This document shows, piece after piece, positions 55,400 to 63,952 of a DNA stretch of 64,000 bases; the first letter of the stretch is position 1; every line of letters begins with the position of its first letter. Under the pieces are notes generated by a model, which was not told the DNA's origin, made no database searches, and saw nothing but the letters and a program-made list of their open reading frames with translations. Source of the stretch: a virus. Position numbers and translations under genes: made by a program. The DNA lies in the IMG/VR virus record IMGVR_UViG_3300036985_002638, positions 1 through 64,000 of that record; one strand, 5' to 3'.

Positions 55400-55688
55400 G
55401 GTTAGTTGCTTTGTTTATTACATCGTTTATTCTTTCCTTTTGGAATAAAAATAAATTATCCCAAATATCTGTATTGTTTTTTATTTCAATCAAAACCTCT
55501 AATAATTCAGGTGCGGCGGCTATTAATCTAGCATTTGCGTTACCTTCTTCATCGTCAGTATCAAAGCACCATACTGTAGCTAAATTTTCAGTTGAACCGT
55601 GTAAATTAGATATATCTATTCCAACTGCGCCGTGTTCATTAATACTTGTTTCGTCTTCTGTCACCCATGGTCCCTTTGTATGTTTCAT
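55389..55688 (-). CDS. Hypothetical phage protein (HTxGPW...ANARLIAAAPELL type)
   Basis: Characteristic N- and C-terminal motifs; paralogue of 56353..56664. Confidence 0.7.
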   Translation of the reverse strand: MKHTKGPWVTEDETSINEHGAVGIDISNLHGSTENLATVWCFDTDDEEGNANARLIAAAPELLEVLIEIKNNTDIWDNLFLFQKERINDVINKATNHDI

Positions 55689-55946
55689 AACTATATGTTT
55701 TAATTGATTAGTAAAGTTAAGTAAAGCCGCCTTATGTATTTTAGAAACCCTATAACCATTAACCCCTTAATGGCAAAATATCACTCGGCGGCTTAATATT
55801 GATTTAATTTGATTTTAATGAGGTTAAATATTTTTATAGTACTTTGTATTAGATTTATTGTTAAGTGTCGGCAGAATTGAAATTTGATAAGTAGAATTTG
55901 ATTTTAATATCAACTTATTAGTTTGCATTATACATCCGCCTATAAA

Positions 55947-56147
55947 TTATCTGTGTCTGCCTAAATATTGGATATGAATTTGTTTACCGTCTGAAAATCC
56001 AGTTAATGTATCGGGTGTTGTTGGGTTGTTACTTATGCACCCTATCTCTTCAGGCATATTATATCTATCTGTTTGGTATCCATTAAATGCTACAGATACT
56101 GATAAAGCTAATATTAATGCGATTATAAATTTATCTTTATTGTCCAT
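55947..56147 (-). CDS. Small membrane/exported protein
   Basis: 66 aa with a hydrophobic N-terminus. Confidence 0.5.
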   Translation of the reverse strand: MDNKDKFIIALILALSVSVAFNGYQTDRYNMPEEIGCISNNPTTPDTLTGFSDGKQIHIQYLGRHR

Positions 56148-56352
56148 GTTTTTAGTTGTTTAAGATTATACTTCCGTTTTATAATTCAAGTTTGAGTTAA
56201 AAAAGTGTTTTTTGTTCGTTTTGTTTGTTTTCTATATATTTCATGCAAGCCTTTTTACTACTAAACTTAGCATAAAACATCCATTGGCCGTTAACTTTCT
56301 TATCAAGGCTCCAGCCTCCTATTGATTTTCTTATCTCGTACATGATTTCTAT

Positions 56353-56664
56353 TTATTTAGTTGCTTTTTCAATGGCTTTATCAATAAATTCTTGCGCCTC
56401 TGTAGTTAAGTTTTTACAGTTTAATAAAGCTACATTCAAGGCTTCTAATAAGTCTGGAGCTGCTAATATTAGTTTAGCGTCTGCTCTTTGTCTTTCGTTT
56501 AATACATTTGATCCTAAATTAGTTTCAATCTTGCATACTACCTGAGTAGTCCAATGGGTTCTATCTTCCATGTCGCAAATTTTACCGTTATTGCTTGAGT
56601 ATGTGCTTGTTACTCTTCCATCAATACCCATTTCCCATGTTCCTGGCGTGTGTTTAGTTTCCAT
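56353..56664 (-). CDS. Hypothetical phage protein (HTPGxW...ADAKLILAAPDLL type)
   Basis: Paralogue of 55389..55688. Confidence 0.7.
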   Translation of the reverse strand: METKHTPGTWEMGIDGRVTSTYSSNNGKICDMEDRTHWTTQVVCKIETNLGSNVLNERQRADAKLILAAPDLLEALNVALLNCKNLTTEAQEFIDKAIEKATK

Positions 56665-56676
56665 ATTTTCTAGTTT

Positions 56677-56898
56677 TTAGATTGTTTTTACGTTAATTAC
56701 TGGACAAAGTTTCTTTATTTCGTTATAAATTTTAAGGCATTCAATGGCGGTTTTGCTATAAAATAGTTTATAAGCAAGTGCTTGATTAACATTATACATC
56801 CGTTCATAATTAGCCTTTTTAAAGCCTATTGTTATCACTTCATTACTGTACTTCATGTAAGTTATAACTCCGTTCTGTGGTAATATCGTGTGTATCAT
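56677..56898 (-). CDS. Hypothetical protein, possibly KTSC-like
   Basis: 73 aa; I..M.Y....I.I.F......YNV pattern weakly like KTSC. Confidence 0.4.
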   Translation of the reverse strand: MIHTILPQNGVITYMKYSNEVITIGFKKANYERMYNVNQALAYKLFYSKTAIECLKIYNEIKKLCPVINVKTI

Positions 56899-56912
56899 TA
56901 TACGTCCTGTTA

Positions 56913-57203
56913 TTAATTAAGGTTTAATCGTGTCTCTATTTTGATCCTTACTGTATCTTTTAAACTTCTTTCTGAGTTTGTTTCATCTCCCAATGCTACA
57001 TTAAGCCAATTAATATGAGGGTATTTGTCGGCGGCGCTGTTAATTAATTGGGCTTTTTGTCTGTATAAACTGAATATCTTTTCAGCCTTATTGGCGGGTA
57101 TATCAGCCTTTGCTTTTACTTCTTTAATGTCGTTTACTATTAATTGAATAAGGCTTTTAAAGGCTTCAATATTAATCATATCGCTTTTAGTTAGGTTTTT
57201 CAT
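56913..57203 (-). CDS. Hypothetical protein
   Basis: 96 aa with upstream GGAACTATAAT motif. Confidence 0.55.
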   Translation of the reverse strand: MKNLTKSDMINIEAFKSLIQLIVNDIKEVKAKADIPANKAEKIFSLYRQKAQLINSAADKYPHINWLNVALGDETNSERSLKDTVRIKIETRLNLN

Positions 57204-57230
57204 AGTTGTATGTATTAAGGGTTAAATTAT

Positions 57231-57241
57231 ATTATAGTTCC
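57231..57241 (-). promoter_or_regulatory. GGAnnTATAAT gene-junction motif (representative of 10 copies in 55.1-59.2 kb)
   Basis: Plus-strand ATTATAnnTCC at 55122, 55927, 56165, 56897, 57231, 57533, 57808, 58175, 58414 and (GTTATA variant) 59197. Confidence 0.65.
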
Positions 57242-57522
57242 TATTTATGTTTAATGTGGTAATTTTGAGAGTGCGCGTAACCTAAGTAGCACCCGTGGCA
57301 TTTTGAACTATAGTCTTTGCCTAAATAAACTGGTGACAAGTCCTCTCTATCTGTTATAAATATTACTTCGTTAACTTCATCGCCTGTTGACATAGATTTG
57401 TATGTATCTACTCTGCTATAACTTGAACATCTTACTTTGTCAATTACTGTAAATTTAACTGGAGTAAAGGTTCCATAGTTTGTATGCTGAACTTTTGGAT
57501 TTTTTATCTTTATATCTTTCAT
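57241..57522 (-). CDS. Hypothetical protein with a C-terminal CxxC..H..H motif
   Basis: 93 aa; CHGCYLGYAHSQNYH. Confidence 0.55.
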   Translation of the reverse strand: MKDIKIKNPKVQHTNYGTFTPVKFTVIDKVRCSSYSRVDTYKSMSTGDEVNEVIFITDREDLSPVYLGKDYSSKCHGCYLGYAHSQNYHIKHK

Positions 57523-57552
57523 GGCTAAATGTATTATAGTTCCGTTTATAAA

Positions 57553-57783
57553 TTAAAATAAGCTAATTTGTTCAAAGTTTGCCTTTAGTCTGTCTGCTAC
57601 TGCGTACATTCCACATTTAGTTGCTGGCACCTTAGTATGTGTTAATATCTCCATTATCTGAACTCTCAAACTCTTATTGTTTGGTCCTGCTAAAAACATA
57701 CTTACGTTCATCTCAAAATGAAACCTATCTGCGTTATATTCGTTTCTTAACTGCTCTATAACTTTTAATGCTTTCTCTTTCAT
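57553..57783 (-). CDS. Hypothetical protein ending in a beta-clamp-like motif
   Basis: 76 aa ending EQISLF (QLsLF-like). Confidence 0.5.
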   Translation of the reverse strand: MKEKALKVIEQLRNEYNADRFHFEMNVSMFLAGPNNKSLRVQIMEILTHTKVPATKCGMYAVADRLKANFEQISLF

Positions 57784-57822
57784 GGGGTTAAATTTTATAG
57801 GGTTTATATTATAGTTCCTTTA

Positions 57823-57963
57823 TTAAATTGGATTAGATGATAGCATTATAAACTGTCCGTGTTTATCTATCATTTGTTTATTAAACTCTGTTAAGTCTTG
57901 CGTATCTGTGTAAATTTCTGTTACTGGTCCTCGCGGTGTCAATAGTTTTATTTCGTATTTCAT
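57823..57963 (-). CDS. Small hypothetical protein (46 aa, below ORF-track cutoff)
   Basis: MKYEIKLLTPRGPVTEIYTDTQDL... fills a gap in the early operon. Confidence 0.45.
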   Translation of the reverse strand: MKYEIKLLTPRGPVTEIYTDTQDLTEFNKQMIDKHGQFIMLSSNPI

Positions 57964-57975
57964 GGCTATAAGGTT

Positions 57976-58125
57976 TTAATGTTTACTTCTCCATATTTTA
58001 ATAGCGTCTTTAACTGAGTAGTCAAAAAACTTTTGTCCATTAATATTAATACAGCCGTTTGCATATTTGTATGCAAAAATTCCGTTTCTTACTTTTGTTT
58101 TGCTTATTGGTGTATCGAATAACAT
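57976..58125 (-). CDS. Small hypothetical protein (49 aa, below ORF-track cutoff)
   Basis: MLFDTPISKTKVRNGIFAYKYANG... directly after the promoter motif at 58146-58175. Confidence 0.5.
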   Translation of the reverse strand: MLFDTPISKTKVRNGIFAYKYANGCININGQKFFDYSVKDAIKIWRSKH

Positions 58126-58190
58126 AATTTTAAGGTTTTAAATATTTATACTAATTTATTTATACAAAGGTTACATTATAGCTCCTTTAA

Positions 58191-58388
58191 TTAATTAAGT
58201 CCTTTATCGTTAAATTTTACTCTTACACTTATTCTTCCTGTTTGCTTCCAGAATATTAAAGTCTTTGGCCCAAACATATAACAAAATTTATATAGTGCCT
58301 TATCTGTTTCTTTAACCGTGGCGCCGTTACAAGTTGCTAAAAAAGCTCTTTTATTTTCTTGGATAGTATTATTATTTAATGTTTTCAT
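58191..58388 (-). CDS. Hypothetical protein
   Basis: 65 aa ORF. Confidence 0.5.
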   Translation of the reverse strand: MKTLNNNTIQENKRAFLATCNGATVKETDKALYKFCYMFGPKTLIFWKQTGRISVRVKFNDKGLN

Positions 58389-58425
58389 GGCTTTTATGTT
58401 TTAATAGTTTTAAATTATAGTTCCT

Positions 58426-58671
58426 TTAATCTTTTAAATATTCAAGCATATCATTTATACACTCGCTTGTTGTTTCTCCCTCGTCTGCTCTATCATAGTA
58501 TGTATAAACGTCAAACCAATTTTCAAAATCATTCTTTTGTCTTGTACTTAGTTTTTTATATAGTTCTTGCGCTTGCTTGCGTTGTCCGTTGGTCCTACTA
58601 TCTAATATATACTCGAAATATTCTTCAATAGTATTGAAATCTAGTCCTTTTATTGTTGCTTTACTTACCAT
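58426..58671 (-). CDS. Hypothetical protein
   Basis: 81 aa; EYFEYILDSRTNGQRKQA. Confidence 0.55.
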   Translation of the reverse strand: MVSKATIKGLDFNTIEEYFEYILDSRTNGQRKQAQELYKKLSTRQKNDFENWFDVYTYYDRADEGETTSECINDMLEYLKD

Positions 58672-58716
58672 GGTTTCTAATTATTAAGGGGTTAAAATTA
58701 TTTGCTTGTTGTTTTA

Positions 58717-58926
58717 TTAGTTGTTTAAATATCTAGTGTTAAATTCTATTTGTGTTACTTTTTGAGGGGTTTTATTGAGATTAAAAGCTACTTCCTCGAT
58801 AAATTCTAAATTGTCAGGATTTTTAATATTGTTAGTCCATTTCGGGCAAGCATCAACATTAAATTTTTGTAGTGTGCAGCTATTTAATAAAATTGTGCTT
58901 GCTAGTGTTACAATTACTGTTTTCAT
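58717..58926 (-). CDS. Small lipoprotein-like protein
   Basis: MKTVIVTLASTILLNS-C lipobox. Confidence 0.55.
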   Translation of the reverse strand: MKTVIVTLASTILLNSCTLQKFNVDACPKWTNNIKNPDNLEFIEEVAFNLNKTPQKVTQIEFNTRYLNN

Positions 58927-58976
58927 GGTTTTGGGGTTTTTAGGGGTTAAAATTATTATTTATCAATCGGCGGGCT

Positions 58977-59159
58977 TTATCGAATACGGTTAATATAATT
59001 GTATAGTCTTAATCTTGCTTTGTATCTTGTATCAACATATATCTCAGCATCGAATTTAATCTCCCAATTTTGGGCTGTGTCACTATCATTGGTTAATCTC
59101 TCAACCGTTTGATCTTTGGCGTTTTTGTAAACTACATGTAATAAATATGGCTTTTGCAT
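58977..59159 (-). CDS. Hypothetical protein
   Basis: 60 aa ORF. Confidence 0.45.
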   Translation of the reverse strand: MQKPYLLHVVYKNAKDQTVERLTNDSDTAQNWEIKFDAEIYVDTRYKARLRLYNYINRIR

Positions 59160-59216
59160 TTTCTTAAATTTTAGATTGTTTTTAACTCAACTTTGCGTTA
59201 TATTTCCTTTTATTAA

Positions 59217-59564
59217 TTAATCAAATTTTAAAGGCACTATTTCACTTATCATTATCTCTATATTGTTACTGTATAGTTCCTTTTCTCCTTTCTTCCATTT
59301 TTCTATATCGTATTTTGATGGTTCGTTGTTGTCTTCGTCTACTAAATTACTCCACCATAAAACGGTTTTATCTTCGTTTGTTTCCGCGTGTTCAAAATTG
59401 AACGGCAAATAAATAGTATTATTAAAGTGATTTTCTATTGCCTCGCGTATTGTTTCCGTTTTTTGTGTGCTTTCAATATCATAACAATTAACCTGTTTTC
59501 CTTCTCCTTCGTTATAACTGTCAATATATACCGTGTGAATTGTTGTTACTTTAAATTTTCTCAT
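59217..59564 (-). CDS. Hypothetical protein
   Basis: 115 aa; IEKWKKGEKELY. Confidence 0.55.
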   Translation of the reverse strand: MRKFKVTTIHTVYIDSYNEGEGKQVNCYDIESTQKTETIREAIENHFNNTIYLPFNFEHAETNEDKTVLWWSNLVDEDNNEPSKYDIEKWKKGEKELYSNNIEIMISEIVPLKFD

Positions 59565-59624
59565 GGTTTCCTGGTTTTAAGTTGTTAATATTTGATTTTT
59601 GTTTTTGCGGTTCGGCGGATGTGC

Positions 59625-59912
59625 CTATTTATATACTTTCATTAATTCTATTATATGCCTTTCATCTTCTTGTATATTATATGACTGTATTAATATTCCT
59701 CCGTCATATCTTTTATTATGGTATTTCTTCCCTCCTATCTTCTTAGCTCTCTGTAATGCTAATTTATATTTATTGTCAATTCCTATATATATCCCTGTCT
59801 TATCATAATCATCGTTATCAGTTATGAAGTTTAAAAAGTGACAAACATATCTAGGGTTCCCGTTAATATCATTGTTAACCCTTGTCCATTCTATTTTATT
59901 TGTAGTTTCCAT
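59625..59912 (-). CDS. Hypothetical phage early protein
   Basis: TRVNNDINGNPRYVCHF...A...A.KIGGKKY..K.Y.GGI..QSYN. Confidence 0.65.
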   Translation of the reverse strand: METTNKIEWTRVNNDINGNPRYVCHFLNFITDNDDYDKTGIYIGIDNKYKLALQRAKKIGGKKYHNKRYDGGILIQSYNIQEDERHIIELMKVYK

Positions 59913-60050
59913 ATCTTTATATATTTAAATTGTTATTTACCTTGTATCTTTAATCCTTAACCGTTGGTAGTCGTTTGTTGTCGGTTAATATAAACCTATT
60001 TATGTATGTGTATTATATAATTTTTATACTTCCAACATATTAACGTTCAA

Positions 60051-60299
60051 TTAGTTACGCGCTTTAAATCTCTCTAATTGGTGGTGAATATTTGCGTATA
60101 AATCCGAAATTAAATCGCTTAAAATGTCGTTTAGTTGGTACATTTCCAGGTCATACAACTGGTTAAAAGTATCTCCATTAACTAAATGAGGCGCTGTTTC
60201 TCTGTAATTGTCTAATATGCAGCCAATTAGCTCGGTTTTAGCTTGGCGTTCTCTATTCATTAGGTCGCGGAGTTTTAGGGTTATTTGTGGATTTTTCAT
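60051..60299 (-). CDS. Hypothetical protein
   Basis: 82 aa ORF. Confidence 0.5.
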   Translation of the reverse strand: MKNPQITLKLRDLMNRERQAKTELIGCILDNYRETAPHLVNGDTFNQLYDLEMYQLNDILSDLISDLYANIHHQLERFKARN

Positions 60300-60382
60300 T
60301 GGTTCTATTTTTTTAGGGGGTTAAAAATGTTAAAAGCTTGTAAACATTGGTGTCTATACGGTGGACGAATAGCATTTTGTGG

Positions 60383-60802
60383 TTAAAATTCTGGTGCAAT
60401 TATACCGAATCCGCCAAAGTCTTTATGTATGTTTAAATCTTTTGCTTTCTCGCTTTTAATCTTTATAGCGTATCCTCTAGCGTCAAAATTGATATATACT
60501 AAATCTTTTGCTTTTTCGCCTAATATCTTAACTAACTGCTTTTCAATACCGTTAAAAAATACCTCTACTTCTTTTTCTGTAGCATCTTTTAAATCATATC
60601 CAGTAAACTTATTACGTTCTAATAAATTTAATGTGTTTGTATTCATTAGGCAAGTTGTGGCAAGATGTGCTTTTCTTTCTACTCTTATAAGTTTTTTGCA
60701 TAGTTCTATTGGTTCAATTCCAGTATTAAAAATATTGTTTAGGTTTTCGCCGTGTCTTTTAATGTTATTATACATTAATTCTTTTTTAGTTTCTGCTTTC
60801 AT
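60383..60802 (-). CDS. Hypothetical phage early protein
   Basis: Start likely MKAETKK at 60802; YIN.DARGYAIKI....IHKDFGGFGIIAPEF. Confidence 0.65.
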   Translation of the reverse strand: MKAETKKELMYNNIKRHGENLNNIFNTGIEPIELCKKLIRVERKAHLATTCLMNTNTLNLLERNKFTGYDLKDATEKEVEVFFNGIEKQLVKILGEKAKDLVYINFDARGYAIKIKSEKAKDLNIHKDFGGFGIIAPEF

Positions 60803-60890
60803 GGTTTCTAGTTTTATAGGGTTAGTATGTTTGTTTGTTTGCTTATTCAAATATCGTTATTCTTTCGGGACCATATTAAATATTGGTATG

Positions 60891-61221
60891 AACGGTAAAA
60901 CAAATTTGTTAGCGGTAAAATAGATTTATGAGTGGTAAAAGGATCTATTAAAAAACGTGTTAAAATTTACCCTATTTATTTAACCTTTATACTAAGTCCA
61001 AAAATGATAGTTTAAATTAAAACCGTGCCAAAATCGTATAAATTTAAACTATTACATAAGCGGTAATAATCCAGGATAAGCGGTAATGGCTCAAATAGCC
61101 GTTTGTTGTCGGTTAATAGCGTGCCAAAATTACTGTAAATATGTTAAATTATAAGCTATTACATGAACGGTTATAATCAATGATGAACGGCAAAGGTTAA
61201 TTATCCGTTTGTTGTCGGTTA
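60891..61221. repeat. Phased iteron-like repeats and a duplicated ~67-bp block in the non-coding strand-switch region
   Basis: AnyGGTAAAA at 60891/60911/60931; TAAGCGGTAAT at 61057/61077; TGAACGG at 61164/61184; similar blocks 61049-61115 and 61156-61221. Confidence 0.7.
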
Positions 61222-61613
61222 TTCTGACTCAATTTTGAGTTATAAACGTGTGTTATTCCTGGGATAGGTTGTTATGTGTCGGCGCGTTATAAAATGATTA
61301 TGCAAGGCGGCGGCCTTACTAAAATAATATATTTATATATATAACATTACTAATTTATTTACTTATCTACTAGCATAGCATAAACCAATTTACCATATAT
61401 AAATACTAATTTACTAATCCTAATAAATCCTAATTTCAAATATCTGTTTAGCTTTTCGTCTTTGTATTATCCCCCCCGTCCCCCGCTTTTTGTTTCTGTT
61501 GTAAAATTTAAGCTATATAGTCCCACGAAAGTTTTAATTTTTTAAAAAAAAATTTGATGTTTATTTTATCAATGTTGTAACCTTTAGGGAATGGTTAACG
61601 TATAAGGTGTAAT

Positions 61614-61784
61614 ATGAAAATAACGGCAGCAAAGGGGTTTTTGAGACAAGTTAAGAAGGCTATGGAAGGAAAGGTATTAATGTGGGATTGGGTGGATGAG
61701 AGGTGGATTGTAGGGGATTTGTATAAGGTTAAGAGGTTTAGTAAGTGGACAGTAGTGATAAAAGATTTTAGTAATGAGAAGTAG
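61614..61784 (+). CDS. Small hypothetical protein (56 aa, below ORF-track cutoff)
   Basis: MKITAAKGFLRQVKKAMEGK... directly after the promoter motif at 61576-61605. Confidence 0.5.
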   Translation: MKITAAKGFLRQVKKAMEGKVLMWDWVDERWIVGDLYKVKRFSKWTVVIKDFSNEK

Positions 61785-62013
61785 AAGTAAAGTAAAGGAA
61801 GTAGTAGGTTCGGATTATGTTTTGACATTTGGTAAGCATAAGGGTAAGGCTATATGGTGGATTCTTATGAATGATTGTGGTTACGTGGTGTGGTTAGTAG
61901 ATAACGATGTATTAAGTTTATCTGAGGGGATATATGAAGAAGCTAAGGCTTTTTATAGTGAGATGGATGATATGAATGCAGGGTTCGGCGGATGTGAGGT
62001 AGATATTTACTAA
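61774..62013 (+). CDS. Small protein with an FGK(H/Y)KG motif (DUF3820/ExoX C-terminal-like)
   Basis: LTFGKHKGK.I......D.GYV.WL. Confidence 0.65.
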   Translation: MRSRSKVKEVVGSDYVLTFGKHKGKAIWWILMNDCGYVVWLVDNDVLSLSEGIYEEAKAFYSEMDDMNAGFGGCEVDIY

Positions 62014-62064
62014 ATAAATTAAAATAATTGTAACCTTTTAAAGGGATAATAAGTATAAGGGTGT

Positions 62065-62262
62065 ATGGAAGAGAATAAAGGTTCCGCCGAAATGGTGGAT
62101 AGAAAAGAAGGATATTATTGGGTTAGATATACTAAGTCAGAAGAATTTGAGGTTGCTAAGTGGTGGCCAAAGGAGGGTAATTGGACTAGAAATAACTACG
62201 AGTGGGAGTTCTGGGATGAAGATTTTTACGAAATAGATGAAAGACAGATATGCAGAAGTTAA
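62065..62262 (+). CDS. Hypothetical Trp-rich protein
   Basis: RKEGYYWVR....EVAKW...W; after promoter motif 62029-62058. Confidence 0.6.
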   Translation: MEENKGSAEMVDRKEGYYWVRYTKSEEFEVAKWWPKEGNWTRNNYEWEFWDEDFYEIDERQICRS

Positions 62263-62438
62263 CCTTAATAGAAGATATGATGCCACATGAGATAGTGTTG
62301 TATTACTTTCCAACGGCAGATGAAAACGATATTGATTGGATATTGTGGAACAAGACAGTATTTCCTTATGGGCCGATAGAGAAGATAAATGATAGTATTT
62401 ATGAGTGGTATTTAAAAAATAACTCAACTTTGAGTTAA
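62250..62438 (+). CDS. Hypothetical protein
   Basis: 62 aa; FP.A....IDWILWNKT.FP.G. Confidence 0.55.
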   Translation: MQKLTLIEDMMPHEIVLYYFPTADENDIDWILWNKTVFPYGPIEKINDSIYEWYLKNNSTLS

Positions 62439-62473
62439 AAATAGGTAATTAATAAAAAAGTAATTAATTTAGC

Positions 62474-62815
62474 ATGGTGTCAACTAATAAGATAAAACCT
62501 TACGCGATATACGATAGTGTATATGATTTACAGTATATGGAACTGTATAGTGGTAGTGAAAGAGATCCTGTAGTGGATGCTTCGATATATGCTGTAGACA
62601 ACTTAGCTTTTGATTGTTTTGGTAGTAAACTTCCTTTTAGTATACAAGTAGGATTAAATGCTCAGTATTTAGATAGAAGTAAATACTTACTTGAGGATAT
62701 GGATAAGAGGGTTGTGAGATGTAGTCAGAGAGTTACAGTTACTATTATCGTATTTAATAACATGGATGATTACTTATGGTATGAAAACGGAGAGAAAACA
62801 TGGATAGATTTATAA
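62474..62815 (+). CDS. Hypothetical protein
   Basis: 113 aa ORF. Confidence 0.5.
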   Translation: MVSTNKIKPYAIYDSVYDLQYMELYSGSERDPVVDASIYAVDNLAFDCFGSKLPFSIQVGLNAQYLDRSKYLLEDMDKRVVRCSQRVTVTIIVFNNMDDYLWYENGEKTWIDL

Positions 62816-62914
62816 GCCAAACATATAGTTATAGTACTCATAGAAATTACTTTATGAATAGTACAGGAGACTTATTTATAAATAAAGAAGGAGATTTATT
62901 AATTTATTACAGAT

Positions 62915-63148
62915 TTGAATATGGCAAGTAATAGTGAATACGAACAAAGAAGAAGTTTTGAGGGTAATAAGTCTAATGCTATAATAGAGGAAATAGATGG
63001 CATTATGTGGTTTACACCAACATCTCAATTAGAAAGCGGCAGGAAGATAGTTCGCATAACTGGGTATGAAATGGCAATGCTTGACGATAAACAAGATAAG
63101 TTACTAGTTCATCCGTCTACTATATACAATCCAAATAGTAAAATTTAA
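62915..63148 (+). CDS. Hypothetical protein
   Basis: 77 aa ORF. Confidence 0.45.
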   Translation: MNMASNSEYEQRRSFEGNKSNAIIEEIDGIMWFTPTSQLESGRKIVRITGYEMAMLDDKQDKLLVHPSTIYNPNSKI

Positions 63149-63163
63149 AAACCAAATAAATAT

Positions 63164-63952
63164 ATGAAAAGAACAATTAGTAAAATCACTGTTAATTCAG
63201 GAGGTTTAAAGGGATTAATCCTAGAGGGTCGCGAAGATGTGGCTAAGAACAACAAGATTACTGAAGATGGCTTCAAGTTAACTAAAAAGCATCCGATTTC
63301 GAGAGATTTAGAAGACAAACTTAAAGAGTTTCGTTTTTTTGCTTTAAATATTTGTGGTTTAATAACAGATAGTACAAGTAAGAATGAGAAATTAATGTTA
63401 CTTGACGGATGTGATGTATTATCTATTGAGTTCGAGAAGGGTGTTACTGGTTACTTTAAGATTAAGGTAGCAAGCCGAGTATTTGATACTAAGACTATTA
63501 CATTAAGCACTCCAAAGACAGATTCTAGTGACGATTATCAGTATTTTGATACAGTTATGAATGTAGTAGAGTCATTATTAGAAGAAGTTGAGCAGTATGA
63601 GAAGGGATTGAAACAAATCAGTGACGAAGACTTAATGATAAGCTATATCAGACACGGTAAAGATAAGAGTATGGATTTAGACAAGTTAAATGAGATGTCG
63701 GCGGAAGAAAAAGCGGATTACTGTCAATCCATCCTTGAGAAACTAGGATGCTTAGTTATTCGTCCTGATGAAGTATATGAAGAAGGAGAAATAGAAGAAG
63801 TGTCTTTAGAAACTAATGTACAACCATTAATGTTAGATATGGACCCAATGAGTGATGAATCTCAAGAAGTATGGGAACATACTATGCCACAAGAAGATGA
63901 AATTGAGCCTTTAGAATTAAAAATTGCAGAACCAATTAAACTAAAAAAATAA
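63164..63952 (+). CDS. Hypothetical phage protein with an acidic C-terminus
   Basis: 262 aa ORF. Confidence 0.6.
   Translation: MKRTISKITVNSGGLKGLILEGREDVAKNNKITEDGFKLTKKHPISRDLEDKLKEFRFFALNICGLITDSTSKNEKLMLLDGCDVLSIEFEKGVTGYFKIKVASRVFDTKTITLSTPKTDSSDDYQYFDTVMNVVESLLEEVEQYEKGLKQISDEDLMISYIRHGKDKSMDLDKLNEMSAEEKADYCQSILEKLGCLVIRPDEVYEEGEIEEVSLETNVQPLMLDMDPMSDESQEVWEHTMPQEDEIEPLELKIAEPIKLKK

Noticed and set aside
34995-62427. Opposite-strand or out-of-frame short ORFs (e.g. 34995, 37062, 38108, 39805, 40542, 41972, 42821, 46918, 51105, 52901, 53503, 53740, 55181, 55393, 58775, 59388, 60429, 61595, 62137)
   Set aside because: Each overlaps a better-supported gene in the locally dominant direction.
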